Shown here one piece after another: positions 1-9,500 of a stretch of 64,000 nt of DNA. Position 1 is the stretch's first letter, and every line of letters starts with the position of its first letter. A program made the position numbers and the translations under genes. The DNA lies in NCBI GenBank assembly GCA_964587105.1, contig CAZPKG010000001.1, positions 115,508-179,507 on the forward strand, in the 5' to 3' direction. The notes under the pieces were generated by a model. It was not told where the DNA came from. It searched no databases and was given only the letters and a program-made list of their open reading frames with translations. Source of the DNA: an uncultured Alphaproteobacteria bacterium. GTDB lineage: Bacteria; Electryoneota; RPQS01.

Positions 1-150
1 TGCGAACGCCGGAGCGGTCGTGCCAATCGAGTTCGGAGAGGCAAACAGAGTCGGCCCAAAGGCAAGAAATCCTGCACAGAGGATAACGAGGCTGGCGATT
101 ACCCACAGTGGCTGAGTCCGGCGCCGTCCGGAGTTGTTGTTCTTCTTCAT
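1..150 (-). CDS. Partial CDS (N-terminus only) for a membrane-anchored exported protein, possibly TlpA-like thiol:disulfide oxidoreductase
   Basis: This ORF is not in the supplied track because it is under 60 aa. Reverse-strand ATG at 148-150 is preceded by AAGGGTGTCC, which matches the window's recurrent GGAGGTGTCC-ATG start context. Translation is MKKNNNSGRRRTQPLWVIASLVILCAGFLAFGPTLFASPNSIGTTAPAFA: a positive N-terminus, a transmembrane helix, then a G..AP.F motif reminiscent of TlpA/ResA N-termini. It runs off the left edge of the window. Confidence 0.35.
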   Translation of the reverse strand, partial: MKKNNNSGRRRTQPLWVIASLVILCAGFLAFGPTLFASPNSIGTTAPAFA

Positions 151-390
151 GGACACCCTTTTGGGTTGTGAATGACTAACTATTTGAAAAGAAAGAATTA
201 CAAGACCGAAGAGAGGGGGAGGAAGTAAGAACCCCGGAGCGCATATACTACGTTTCGGGGCTTACTTAAGACTGCAAGGGGCAAGCAGTTCGGATGAGTC
301 GGAGTTTGCGAAATCTTACACAAAGATACTCATTTTGATAACTCTTGGCAATGGAAACAGACCAAGAACAATAATTTCCAGCATATGTTC

Positions 391-417
391 GCGGGGCACC
401 CGCTGCGGGTGCCCCGC
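391..417. repeat. Perfect 13-bp-stem palindrome GCGGGGCACCCGC-T-GCGGGTGCCCCGC, 7 nt 3' of the stop of the 424..1488 gene. REP-like or terminator-like hairpin without a U-tract.
   Basis: Read directly from the sequence. The same core GGGGCACCCGC-N-GCGGGTGCC recurs at 18626..18646. Confidence 0.55.
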
Positions 418-423
418 ATCCTC

Positions 424-1488
424 TTAGCGCCCCGGATGACTGTAAGCCGGATTATCCCGTTGTGAGAAATGATAGCGGTACTCTTCATCCGCGAGTTTTG
501 TGTTCCAGACTCCGGCGACTTTGGCTACCAGCACAAAGGTCAGCCAAATCCCCAGCACCACTAGCGCGAACTGCTTGCCGGTCATCTTGGTCTTCGGGGT
601 TGGGGCAATCGTGATGCAATCCTTGATCGGGCACACATTCTCGCACTTTAAGCACCCTGTACATTCCGGCGAGATAATCTGTAATTTCGTCGCAACGGGG
701 AGTCTCGACGGACAGGCTTTTGTGCAGCGGTCGCAGTCAATGCAGGTATGCACATCGCGGCGAATCTTCACCGGACTTGCCCACGACACCAGTCCCAGCA
801 TCGCGCCGTAAGGGCACAAGTATCGGCACCACAATCCCTCGACAAAAATACTTCCGACCAGCAAAATCGCCAGCACGACAATTCCCACAATTCCGATTTC
901 CGTGAAGAACAACAGCATCTTCACATCGGCCAGTTGATTGTACGGACTCCCCATGAACCCCGCAATCCCCGAAACTCCCATCAGAAAGAAAGCCGATACA
1001 AACAGCCCCAGTAGAATATACTTGAGACTCATCAGAGAGTAATCCAACCATCTCGGGAGCAAAAATGTCCGGCCAAAAATCTTCTTCCCCAGCAAAGCCA
1101 ATCCTTCGCTGATCGTGCCAATCGGACACAACCACGAGCAAAAACTCTTGCGCATCAAAAACGCGATCGCCAAGAAACACAACGTCAAAATAGCCGAAGC
1201 CGGATGAATCAGATTGAGTTCCCCTCGCGCGAACCAATCAATCACTCCCATCAATCCTGAAATCGGCAGCCACCCCTCAACTCCGGCAGGGCGGGGGGGA
1301 AGCGGCCCCGTTCCGCCTTCCTGCAATGCCCGCACAAAAAACCAGAATTGTATTCCCAGCAACACATTCAGAGCCGCAAACGAAATCTGCACGATGTGCC
1401 TCGGAGTCCAAAACCCCTTGTACATCTTCCCCTTAGCCGTCCCCGGCACAGGCTTCTTGACCGTCCTTGCTAATTCGACAATATACAT
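424..1488 (-). CDS. Membrane-bound 4Fe-4S polyferredoxin of the NapH/MauN/NosR-like family
   Basis: 354-aa ORF. Two CxxCxxCxxxCP ferredoxin motifs (CIDCDRCTKACP, CTGCLKCENVCP) plus CSWLCP and CRYLCP motifs, embedded in multiple hydrophobic helices typical of the NapH/MauN family. Confidence 0.75.
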   Translation of the reverse strand: MYIVELARTVKKPVPGTAKGKMYKGFWTPRHIVQISFAALNVLLGIQFWFFVRALQEGGTGPLPPRPAGVEGWLPISGLMGVIDWFARGELNLIHPASAILTLCFLAIAFLMRKSFCSWLCPIGTISEGLALLGKKIFGRTFLLPRWLDYSLMSLKYILLGLFVSAFFLMGVSGIAGFMGSPYNQLADVKMLLFFTEIGIVGIVVLAILLVGSIFVEGLWCRYLCPYGAMLGLVSWASPVKIRRDVHTCIDCDRCTKACPSRLPVATKLQIISPECTGCLKCENVCPIKDCITIAPTPKTKMTGKQFALVVLGIWLTFVLVAKVAGVWNTKLADEEYRYHFSQRDNPAYSHPGR

Positions 1489-1642
1489 GGCCTTAGCCTC
1501 TATTGAATCGATATTTTGGACTTATTAGTCCGTTATTTATTAATATAGTCAAATGCTGCCCTTTAAGTGTCATAGAAATGTCATGGCCGCACCATGTGTT
1601 TATTGAGGACTACGTAGCCTTGTTCACAGCACCAATAAACAG

Positions 1643-1668
1643 AAACCCCGCACGAAAATGCGGGGTTT
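1643..1668 (-). terminator. Intrinsic terminator hairpin AAACCCCGC-acgaaaat-GCGGGGTTT, 3' of the 1692..2630 gene
   Basis: 9-bp GC-rich stem read from the sequence. A U-rich run follows on the transcribed minus strand (CUGUUUAUU). Confidence 0.6.
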
Positions 1669-1691
1669 CTGTGCGAAATGCTAACACAATT

Positions 1692-2630
1692 CTATTTTAT
1701 CAGCAGCATTTTCTCTGCAAAGGCAAAACCATTCACTTCGAGTTTATAAAGATACATCCCTGACGGTAGGTCCAGTGCGTCAAATGACTCGAAATGAGTG
1801 CCTGCGCCTCGAACATCATTAACAAGCGTCGCAACAAGTTGACCTGTGATTGCATAAACCGAAAGAGTTGTGAATCCACTCTCTTTTAGGTCGTAGCGGA
1901 TCGTAGTCGTCGGGTTAAATGGGTTGGGGTAGTTCGCGTGAAGCGCGTATTCAACAACCAATCCCGTCTCAGGCTCTGGTGTAGCTAAGGCTGTGGCAAC
2001 CTCTTCGTGGATTCCGTTCATGTCAATTGCCGAGAGTGCGTAAGAATACGTTGTTCCGTTCAAAGCTGACTCGTCCACCCAGCGGTACTCATGACCCGAT
2101 GTGGTGTTCCCTTGTGAGGCGATCTCCGCTAACTTCACTCCGTCTCGCAGAATCTCGAATTTGCTATTCTCAGTTTCGCTCCCCGTTGTCCAGTTAAGAA
2201 TCACGCGATTATCACCTGCTATTGCTTCAAATGATGATAATGAAACACCAAGTATCGCTTCAAAGGTTAAACACAGACAGCCCTCACCAGTGCCATAAAT
2301 GAAGTTATCGAAGCTGCCTTCAATTGAATTGTACGTCCATGCTGTTGCATCATACTGAAAAAAGATTGGACCAGGAGGAAAAGGGCACTCGTAGTCACAC
2401 AAAGTCTCTGGCCACGGATTACAAGTCATCATGGCACCGAATACGGGTGTTTGGTGTGGGCCAAGCGGACCATAAACGTGTATTTGTAGTACAGACCCCG
2501 GACAAACTTCGACGCATGTACTGGATCCTAATGCCGGATTCACATATGTTGATCCGTTACACGGCTGCGCAAATGCCGCATTCCACATTCCCAGCGTGAT
2601 TCCAATAAAAGCAATTACCAATCGTCTCAT
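1692..2630 (-). CDS. Secreted protein with T9SS C-terminal sorting domain, function unknown
   Basis: The track ORF is 1692..2660. I prefer the internal start MRRLVIAF at 2630, which is preceded by GGAGGTCAAG. Signal peptide MRRLVIAFIGITLGMWNAAFA. C-terminus ...YPNPFNPTTTIRYDL...MYLYKLEVNGFAFAEKMLLIK matches the T9SS/Por CTD. Confidence 0.7.
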   Translation of the reverse strand: MRRLVIAFIGITLGMWNAAFAQPCNGSTYVNPALGSSTCVEVCPGSVLQIHVYGPLGPHQTPVFGAMMTCNPWPETLCDYECPFPPGPIFFQYDATAWTYNSIEGSFDNFIYGTGEGCLCLTFEAILGVSLSSFEAIAGDNRVILNWTTGSETENSKFEILRDGVKLAEIASQGNTTSGHEYRWVDESALNGTTYSYALSAIDMNGIHEEVATALATPEPETGLVVEYALHANYPNPFNPTTTIRYDLKESGFTTLSVYAITGQLVATLVNDVRGAGTHFESFDALDLPSGMYLYKLEVNGFAFAEKMLLIK

Positions 2631-3068
2631 CTTGACCTCCATGTCCAGATTAATGTGCACTGTCTTATTAAATGTTCTTCTATTTACATAAACATAACAA
2701 AAGACTAACTAATCCTAATTTACTGCGGACAACGGCCAATTGTCAAGTAGATCTAATTTCTAACAGAAATATCAGGGGTTTTGTGAGTACGCAAAACAAT
2801 AGTCTAACAATAGCGCAACTCACCCCAATTTTCTGGGACAGTCTTAATTATTAAGAAGTTAATGAAAAACACAATGTGCTTGGGTCAACAACACTCTTGA
2901 GACTCCAGCAAAAATGGAGGCACATGCCAATTGATCTGAGAAGTGCGCAAACAAGTTCAATGGCAAACGGACAAAAACCATTGAATGGCTCAAATAGAAC
3001 TAAGTTAAGTGGATACAAAAACTAAAGTGAACGTGCCATTCTTGGGATAATTTGCCCTAGTTTCTGAC

Positions 3069-4613
3069 TTAGCCCAACACCACCCCACACCCCTCGCACA
3101 TCCATTCCCCGGTATCATCCACAAGCTTGTACTGCGATTCGTATTTCTTCCCGTTCTTGCTGATGTGATCCACCGCTTCCAACAAACTCTGAAACTCGTC
3201 TTCACTGACCGTCGGTGATAGACTGATTCTCACCCACCCCGGTTTTTCTCCAATGTGTCCATGATCCAGTCGCTCGCGGATTTCCGCCGAGTGCGATTGC
3301 TCTATGTGCAACAGCAAATGTCCGTACGGCCCCGCACACATGCAGCCGCCGCGCACCTGAATGCCGAATAGGTCATTAAACAGCGCCGCCGCTAAATTGT
3401 GATGCAGGTCTTTGAAGATGACGCTGAACACACCGAGTCGCTTCGCGTCCGTGAGTCCCAAAATGAGAATCTTGTCATTCTTGATCCACTCTTTCAGCGC
3501 GCGCGTCATATAGTCGTGTTCAATCCGTTCAATTCGATCACAGCCGATGGCCGCCTTCATGTCAAAAGCTAATCCCGCCTGAATACTCTGCACAATCGGC
3601 GGAGTGCCTCCCGTTTCACGATGGGCAATCGAAGCCAAATACCGATGATCCCACGGTGAAGTATAAAGCACCGTTCCGCCGCCCGGCTCTGCGGGAACGC
3701 GATTCGTAAACAAATGTTTGTTCGCCACCAAAATCCCCGGTGTGCGCGGCCCGCCTAAAAATTTATGCACGGAGAGAAACACCGCGTCGTAATATCCGAG
3801 CGGATCGTTTTCCGGATGCATGTCAATTTCCACATACGGCCCGGCCGCCGCGAAATCGAAAAATGCGAACGCGCCGTGCTCATGCAGCACACGCGCCAGC
3901 GCATGACAATCATTCAATATTCCTGTCACATTTGACGCCGCGCTGAAGGTGCCGTATTTGACCTTGCGATTCTTGTAAGGCTGCATCTTTTCCGCCAAAT
4001 CGTCAGGGCAAATGCAGCCGTGTTCGTTCAGCTCGACATAGACGGTTTCCGCAATCGTTTCCCGCCAGCAGATATCATTGGAATGATGCTCCATCATCGA
4101 GCGAAACACAACGGGCCGCTCGTTGTCGGGAACATGATCTTTCAAATGATACTTCTCTTCCAACTGATCAGGAAGCCGTAACCCCAAGACATGAATCAAA
4201 CGGTTTATCGTTCCCGTCGAACCTGATCCCACCGGAATCACCACATCCTCGTCATTTGCGTTCATGTAACGGGCGATTCTCTGAAAAGCATTCTCAAACA
4301 ATCTCGTCATGTGACGGCCCGTGAATGAACTTTCCGTGTGCGTGTTGGCCATATAAGGCAACACCCGCTCAGAAATCTCTTCTTCTACGTCGCGATGAAA
4401 TCTGCCCGAAGCGATAAAATCGAAATACTGCAACGGTTTACGGCCAAAAGGAGTTTCAATCTCCGCTCCGCTGCCGTACACTCCGGCGCGAAGCCGCTCT
4501 AAAAATCTCCGTTCATCGGCTTCGTCACGGGTCACCACCGGACCGCGCGGCGAAGCCGTGGTACAGTCGCACAATCTTTGCGAAAACGGAGCGGTTGATG
4601 CTGTTGATGACAT
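3069..4613 (-). CDS. Class V aminotransferase-fold PLP-dependent enzyme (cysteine desulfurase / selenocysteine lyase-like)
   Basis: Track ORF 3069..4712. The likely start is M34 (MSSTASTAPF...), which has an AAGGA Shine-Dalgarno 8 nt upstream and lies 10 nt after the stop of the upstream M14 gene. Length and layout (HK-type PLP region, GGTV...) fit the aminotransferase class V fold. Confidence 0.7.
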   Translation of the reverse strand: MSSTASTAPFSQRLCDCTTASPRGPVVTRDEADERRFLERLRAGVYGSGAEIETPFGRKPLQYFDFIASGRFHRDVEEEISERVLPYMANTHTESSFTGRHMTRLFENAFQRIARYMNANDEDVVIPVGSGSTGTINRLIHVLGLRLPDQLEEKYHLKDHVPDNERPVVFRSMMEHHSNDICWRETIAETVYVELNEHGCICPDDLAEKMQPYKNRKVKYGTFSAASNVTGILNDCHALARVLHEHGAFAFFDFAAAGPYVEIDMHPENDPLGYYDAVFLSVHKFLGGPRTPGILVANKHLFTNRVPAEPGGGTVLYTSPWDHRYLASIAHRETGGTPPIVQSIQAGLAFDMKAAIGCDRIERIEHDYMTRALKEWIKNDKILILGLTDAKRLGVFSVIFKDLHHNLAAALFNDLFGIQVRGGCMCAGPYGHLLLHIEQSHSAEIRERLDHGHIGEKPGWVRISLSPTVSEDEFQSLLEAVDHISKNGKKYESQYKLVDDTGEWMCEGCGVVLG

Positions 4614-4623
4614 GATCAGTTCC

Positions 4624-6417
4624 TTAGAGTTGAATTCCGCAGGCCTTAGCCGCCAAGCGGAAGTGGTCTTTATGAATAATTCTTCCGATCGGATAGAGGT
4701 TTGTCCGCTCATCCCAATACGGAGAATGTTTGTACCAATAGTTTAGTCGCTCGCCGGGAGACTTCGCGAACAAGGAATCTGTTTTCACTTTGTTCCAAAA
4801 TTCCGTCGCTGCCAAAGTATCCGTCTTAATCAATCGCTGAGCCATCGTGTCAATGATGTCTCCATCGCCGCCCTCTTTTTGCTCGAAAATCTGCGGGAAG
4901 AAACCCCACTTGCAAAACGAGTCCGGCCCGTTCGCTTCCAGAAGTTGCATGACGCGAAGAGCTTTTCTGTGATTGAGCGGAACAAAGGCCGAGCCTTTGG
5001 GAATCCGCCATTCCTGCAGAACAGGAGGCAGCGTTTTGTAGTTGATGCGAAATCTCCCTTCGTACGGAGTTTTCGCAAAGGTTACGCTGTCGAGATAATT
5101 TGTCTCAACCATGATGGTCAACGTCGTGTCGAACTCCATCACCGGAATCTGGTGAGCCGCGAGAACACCCTTTACTTTCAGATAGTAGGGAAGCGGAATC
5201 ACATATGCCAAAGGCGGCACCACAGATGATTTGACGCGGTTGTTCCACAGCGCAGGCATCTTTTGCGATTCCGGCTCTTGCGTCCAATAGCGGACACTGT
5301 CTCCGGCGATTTCAGAATATCTGACTTCTGATTTGTGACCCTTGAAATCAACCCAAGTTGTGTCGTTTGCCACGTCAAAATCAAGCGGATAGCTCTTGCC
5401 GTTGGCTCGGAGCGTGTCTGCTAAAGTCTGAATCTGCAAATCCGCCAATGCCGACATCTTGAGCAGATTGCCTTTGTCCTTCGCCAATTGATCGAGCGTC
5501 TCTTCGAGATAGACTCTCGTGGCCTCGACTCGCTCGGCAAACGGTTTGCGGCTGTGAGTCTCGATCAAAACAAACGGACGGCCCAGCACAGTTCCAAATC
5601 CGGTTGAGTAGCGCGGAGGATAAACCTCTCGCGTCCAGCCACTCTTTGGGTTGGTGTAGTTCTTGAAAGTCACGTACGGCACAAAATCGTAACCACGCTT
5701 GGACATGCGCTTAGTGATTTCGGGCAGATATGACTTGGTGGAATAGTCTAAAACTGCCGGAGCTTCATTTGTGTCGGTTCCTAAACCCCACGTGATGACA
5801 TATTCGTATTCCGCTCCGTCGGTGACATGAATGTCAATCAGAAAATCGGGATCAAGTTCGTCAATCAGCTTGATCATCGCTCGCATTTCGGGAGCGTCAG
5901 CTTTTAGCCAGTCGCGATTCAAATCAAGATTTTGAGCCGTTATCCGGCGGCCTTGCTCTTTTGGGCCAAGCTGATTGATACGGCGAAATTCACCTTCGCG
6001 CTCGTGTCCGTCCACATTGAAGATTGGCACAAAAGCAATACGCAGGTTTTCTTTTACCGCGCGATGGTTTTGAGTCTGTACGAGGTCGCGCAGAACCATC
6101 AGCCCCGCTTCCTTTCCGTCAATTTCGCCGGAGTGAATTCCGGCAATCACAAAGACGAGCGGTTTGCTCTCATCATTTCCACCGAAGAGCAGCAAGGGAA
6201 GTTCTCGGCCCTCAGAGCTTGTACCGAATGATCGATATTCAATCAGATCGCTCGATCCGTCAAGTCTGCGGCAATAAGTCAAACACTCGCCATAACCGGA
6301 GGTCTCGAGTCCCTTAGAGAGTTCAAAGCGAGTCTGCCACACAGGCGAAACGGATTGGGCATTCAGGAGTCCTGAAAGCAAGAGGCCAAGAAGATAGCAC
6401 GTAGTTCGGAAGTTCAT
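4624..6417 (-). CDS. Secreted M14-family zinc carboxypeptidase
   Basis: Track ORF 4624..6489. The preferred start is MNFRTTCYLLGLLLSGLLNAQS, which carries a signal peptide. HSGEIDGKE matches the H-x-x-E zinc-binding motif of M14, with a downstream HVTDG-type second zinc ligand region. Confidence 0.7.
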   Translation of the reverse strand: MNFRTTCYLLGLLLSGLLNAQSVSPVWQTRFELSKGLETSGYGECLTYCRRLDGSSDLIEYRSFGTSSEGRELPLLLFGGNDESKPLVFVIAGIHSGEIDGKEAGLMVLRDLVQTQNHRAVKENLRIAFVPIFNVDGHEREGEFRRINQLGPKEQGRRITAQNLDLNRDWLKADAPEMRAMIKLIDELDPDFLIDIHVTDGAEYEYVITWGLGTDTNEAPAVLDYSTKSYLPEITKRMSKRGYDFVPYVTFKNYTNPKSGWTREVYPPRYSTGFGTVLGRPFVLIETHSRKPFAERVEATRVYLEETLDQLAKDKGNLLKMSALADLQIQTLADTLRANGKSYPLDFDVANDTTWVDFKGHKSEVRYSEIAGDSVRYWTQEPESQKMPALWNNRVKSSVVPPLAYVIPLPYYLKVKGVLAAHQIPVMEFDTTLTIMVETNYLDSVTFAKTPYEGRFRINYKTLPPVLQEWRIPKGSAFVPLNHRKALRVMQLLEANGPDSFCKWGFFPQIFEQKEGGDGDIIDTMAQRLIKTDTLAATEFWNKVKTDSLFAKSPGERLNYWYKHSPYWDERTNLYPIGRIIHKDHFRLAAKACGIQL

Positions 6418-6548
6418 ATTCCTAAGATACATATTCTCGCGGGGAGCGGCAAGAGCCGATCTTATATTCCGTAAGCTAAGCCGAGACAAATGGTTAAAAA
6501 AAGCCGCCCGAGTATCTGGGCGGCTTTCATCGTTTTCATAAAGAAATA

Positions 6549-9500
6549 CTACTCGGCGCGAACATTAAAGAACCGCAAATTGTTCGGATCGGCGTCAAAG
6601 TCCCATGTCCAATTGGTGGAAGTTGTAGAACCCAATTCGACGGGCGAAAGCTCAAGCTGTTCGAACGACGTTGCGCCGTAGATCAAATAGTGCGATGCCC
6701 CGTTCACTGGGTACCAATTCAGTTGGATTTCGGTTCCGGCAGTAACGGCAATCGAAAGACCGAGCGGAGGAGTCAAGACGGATTGCAGGACATATTCATC
6801 CGCTCCGATGCAAGGCACGGCCGGACGACTGTCTCCGTCAATGTCGGTCGATACTTGCTGAAGTGCGATGCCCTGTGCAAACATTGTGGAGTCGGTTGGC
6901 TGAATATGCAGGTCGGTCGAGGAGATATAGCTTACATGCAAATTGAGGCTCTGGGCATCCTGTCCAGTTGCCTGCCAACTTGCGAGGCTCGCATAGTTCT
7001 GCGTTCCGAGACCGGCAAACCTGAAGTTTGTCGAATTTCCCCACAGACAATTGTAATCGGAGATGACGTCCGCTCCAACCTCGATATCCAAACCGTAACT
7101 TGGAACATCATTCTCATAGACCATTACGCAGTTGTTGTAGATTTCATGCTGGGTCCCGGTAGAGACGAACACTCCGGAGGTTTCATTGTCCGCAGGTGAG
7201 TCGTCCAACCTAATACTGTTATTGGCGACGACGTGATTACCACTCGACAGATAAATTCCGCGTGAACGAAGGGAAGTCAATTGTGAGTATCCGTAGATGA
7301 AATTATTGACAATCTCAACGGATGAAGTAATACCCGGAGCGGAATAGACTCCGCAAGCGCGATTGGTGCGCGGTCCGTTGCCGTCGAGAAATCCGTGAAT
7401 CTTATTGCCGTCCACGCGAAGCGATCCGTTCTCACCAATCTGGACAATGTAAACTCCATAACAGGCTCCGGCCGGGCCGACATTGGAACCGGGGCGAATG
7501 TCGTTGCCCGAAATCAGCGCTTCATGCTGATGATCCACCCACACTCCGTAGTAAACATCCGAGATATCATTTCCCGAAACGATATTGCCATGCGAAATCT
7601 GTGAATTTGCGCTGGTCAACGAGACGCCGATGTAGCAGGCGGAAACTGTATTGCCTGTGATTGTATTCCCGTGGCAATCGGAACCGGAGACACGAATCCC
7701 GACCGTACCTAAATCTCCTGATCCGCTACCGGTGACGACGCATCTATCAATCACATTGTTGCAGGACGTGTTGTCCAATGAAATCCCAATTGCCGTGCCC
7801 GCTTCAGCAGTGATGCCAAGTTGTCTTAATTCGATAAAGTCGGCGTCATGAAAGAGCACTACTGCTTCCGAATTCGCCGCTGTGATCGTCGTTCCAATTG
7901 GATCAAGCGATTCAATGATAACGTGACGCAAACTGTCAGCGCCGGGGATTGCATTGAGAACCAGCGGACCCTGATGAGCCTGCTGCCCAAGCAACACGTA
8001 CAGTTCACCGGCAATCCCGCGCCAGCGCAAATGCTCGGAAAGCTCTGCCAATGTCCCGAAGCTTGAACGGCTCCCGCCGACAAATACACTATCTGAAAGC
8101 GGCGCCCCGGAGATTACAATAGACTGACTTTTCGAATCATTCGCTGCGACTGCATCGCCGGGCGCGAAGGCCGACACTCTGATTGAACCATAGGCCAACT
8201 CAACCTCTGGTGAACTCCAATTCCAAAGCAGTTCGACTTCAGTCCCGTGTGCAATCGAAAATAGTTGGGAATCCACGGGGTCTTCATTGAAATACAACGT
8301 CGCTTGGGCGCCGGTAATGTCGGACTGTCCAACGTTTCCGACGACTGAGAAGAGTTGTTGTAACGTGTTGGCCGGAGCGGGGATCCACGGAATGCCAACG
8401 GACTGCACCGCAAGATCAATTACCGCCGCCTGATAGACGAACTCATCGACGCCAATATCGGGAGTTGAATCGCGCGGCTCGCCGTCTGCATCGAAAGCGA
8501 CCGCCGGAATATACAAACCGCGATTCGACGGTCCTGCCGCGTCAGGTCGCAAGTGAAAATCGACAGGCGACTGAAAACCTGCCGGAGCGGCTGTACTCGC
8601 GCTGTCCTGTCCGGTTGCTGTTGACCAGGCGGACAACGTTTGATAGTCGCCGTCGAGGTTTGAATGACCAAAGCGGAATTGCGTATTCGTGCCGGGGCCG
8701 TCATACAGATTGTGATTGGCGGCTATCACTCCGCCCGTCCATTCGATGAAGCGAGCGATGGCCTGCGGATCGGTGATCTGAATGATGTTGTTCAGCAAGC
8801 TCGCCGCAGTTTGAGTTCCTGATACAGAAATTCCGGTGATATTCGATGAGAGCAAATCCCCAATGCTAACCGTATTGTGATAGAACAGCGCGGTTCCGCT
8901 CGTTGCCGACAAACCAACTACGGCGCCGCTTGTGAGCGAGTTGAAATCACCAATCCAATTGTTGGCCGCGAATAGCACTCCCGCTCCCGACTCGGCTGAA
9001 ATTGCCGTGATTGTTCCGGCGGCGAGGCATTGCGTGATGCGATTATTAAGCACTCTGACCGTATCCGGCGGAGAGAGATTCAAAACGCGAATCCCATAGC
9101 AGGGCGACGGTGCGTTGGCGAAGCCCGCCGTGATCGAGCAATTTTCAATCAGAAGATTCTGCTGCCAACTCGCTTGAATGGAGGTGCGAACCCCGGAGAT
9201 ATTGCAATCTCGCACGATGTTTCCGGCAGAGCTTTGTCCGCTCGCGCCTTCAAAGCGAAGGCCCGTGTAGGCAGTGTTGATATCGAGTTGCTGAAAGAGA
9301 TTGTCTGAGCAACCCGTTGAGACCAACAGCGTGGTGGCGGAGGATTGATCTTGAGATGCGCACGCCAAATGGCAATTGCGAATCACATTGTGGTGGCTGT
9401 TGTTCGCGATCTTCATCGTCTCAAGCGTCGCGCCGCTGCCTTGAAGTATCAATCCTTCAATGGTTACATACGAGACATTCGACAACAGAACCGACGGTTG

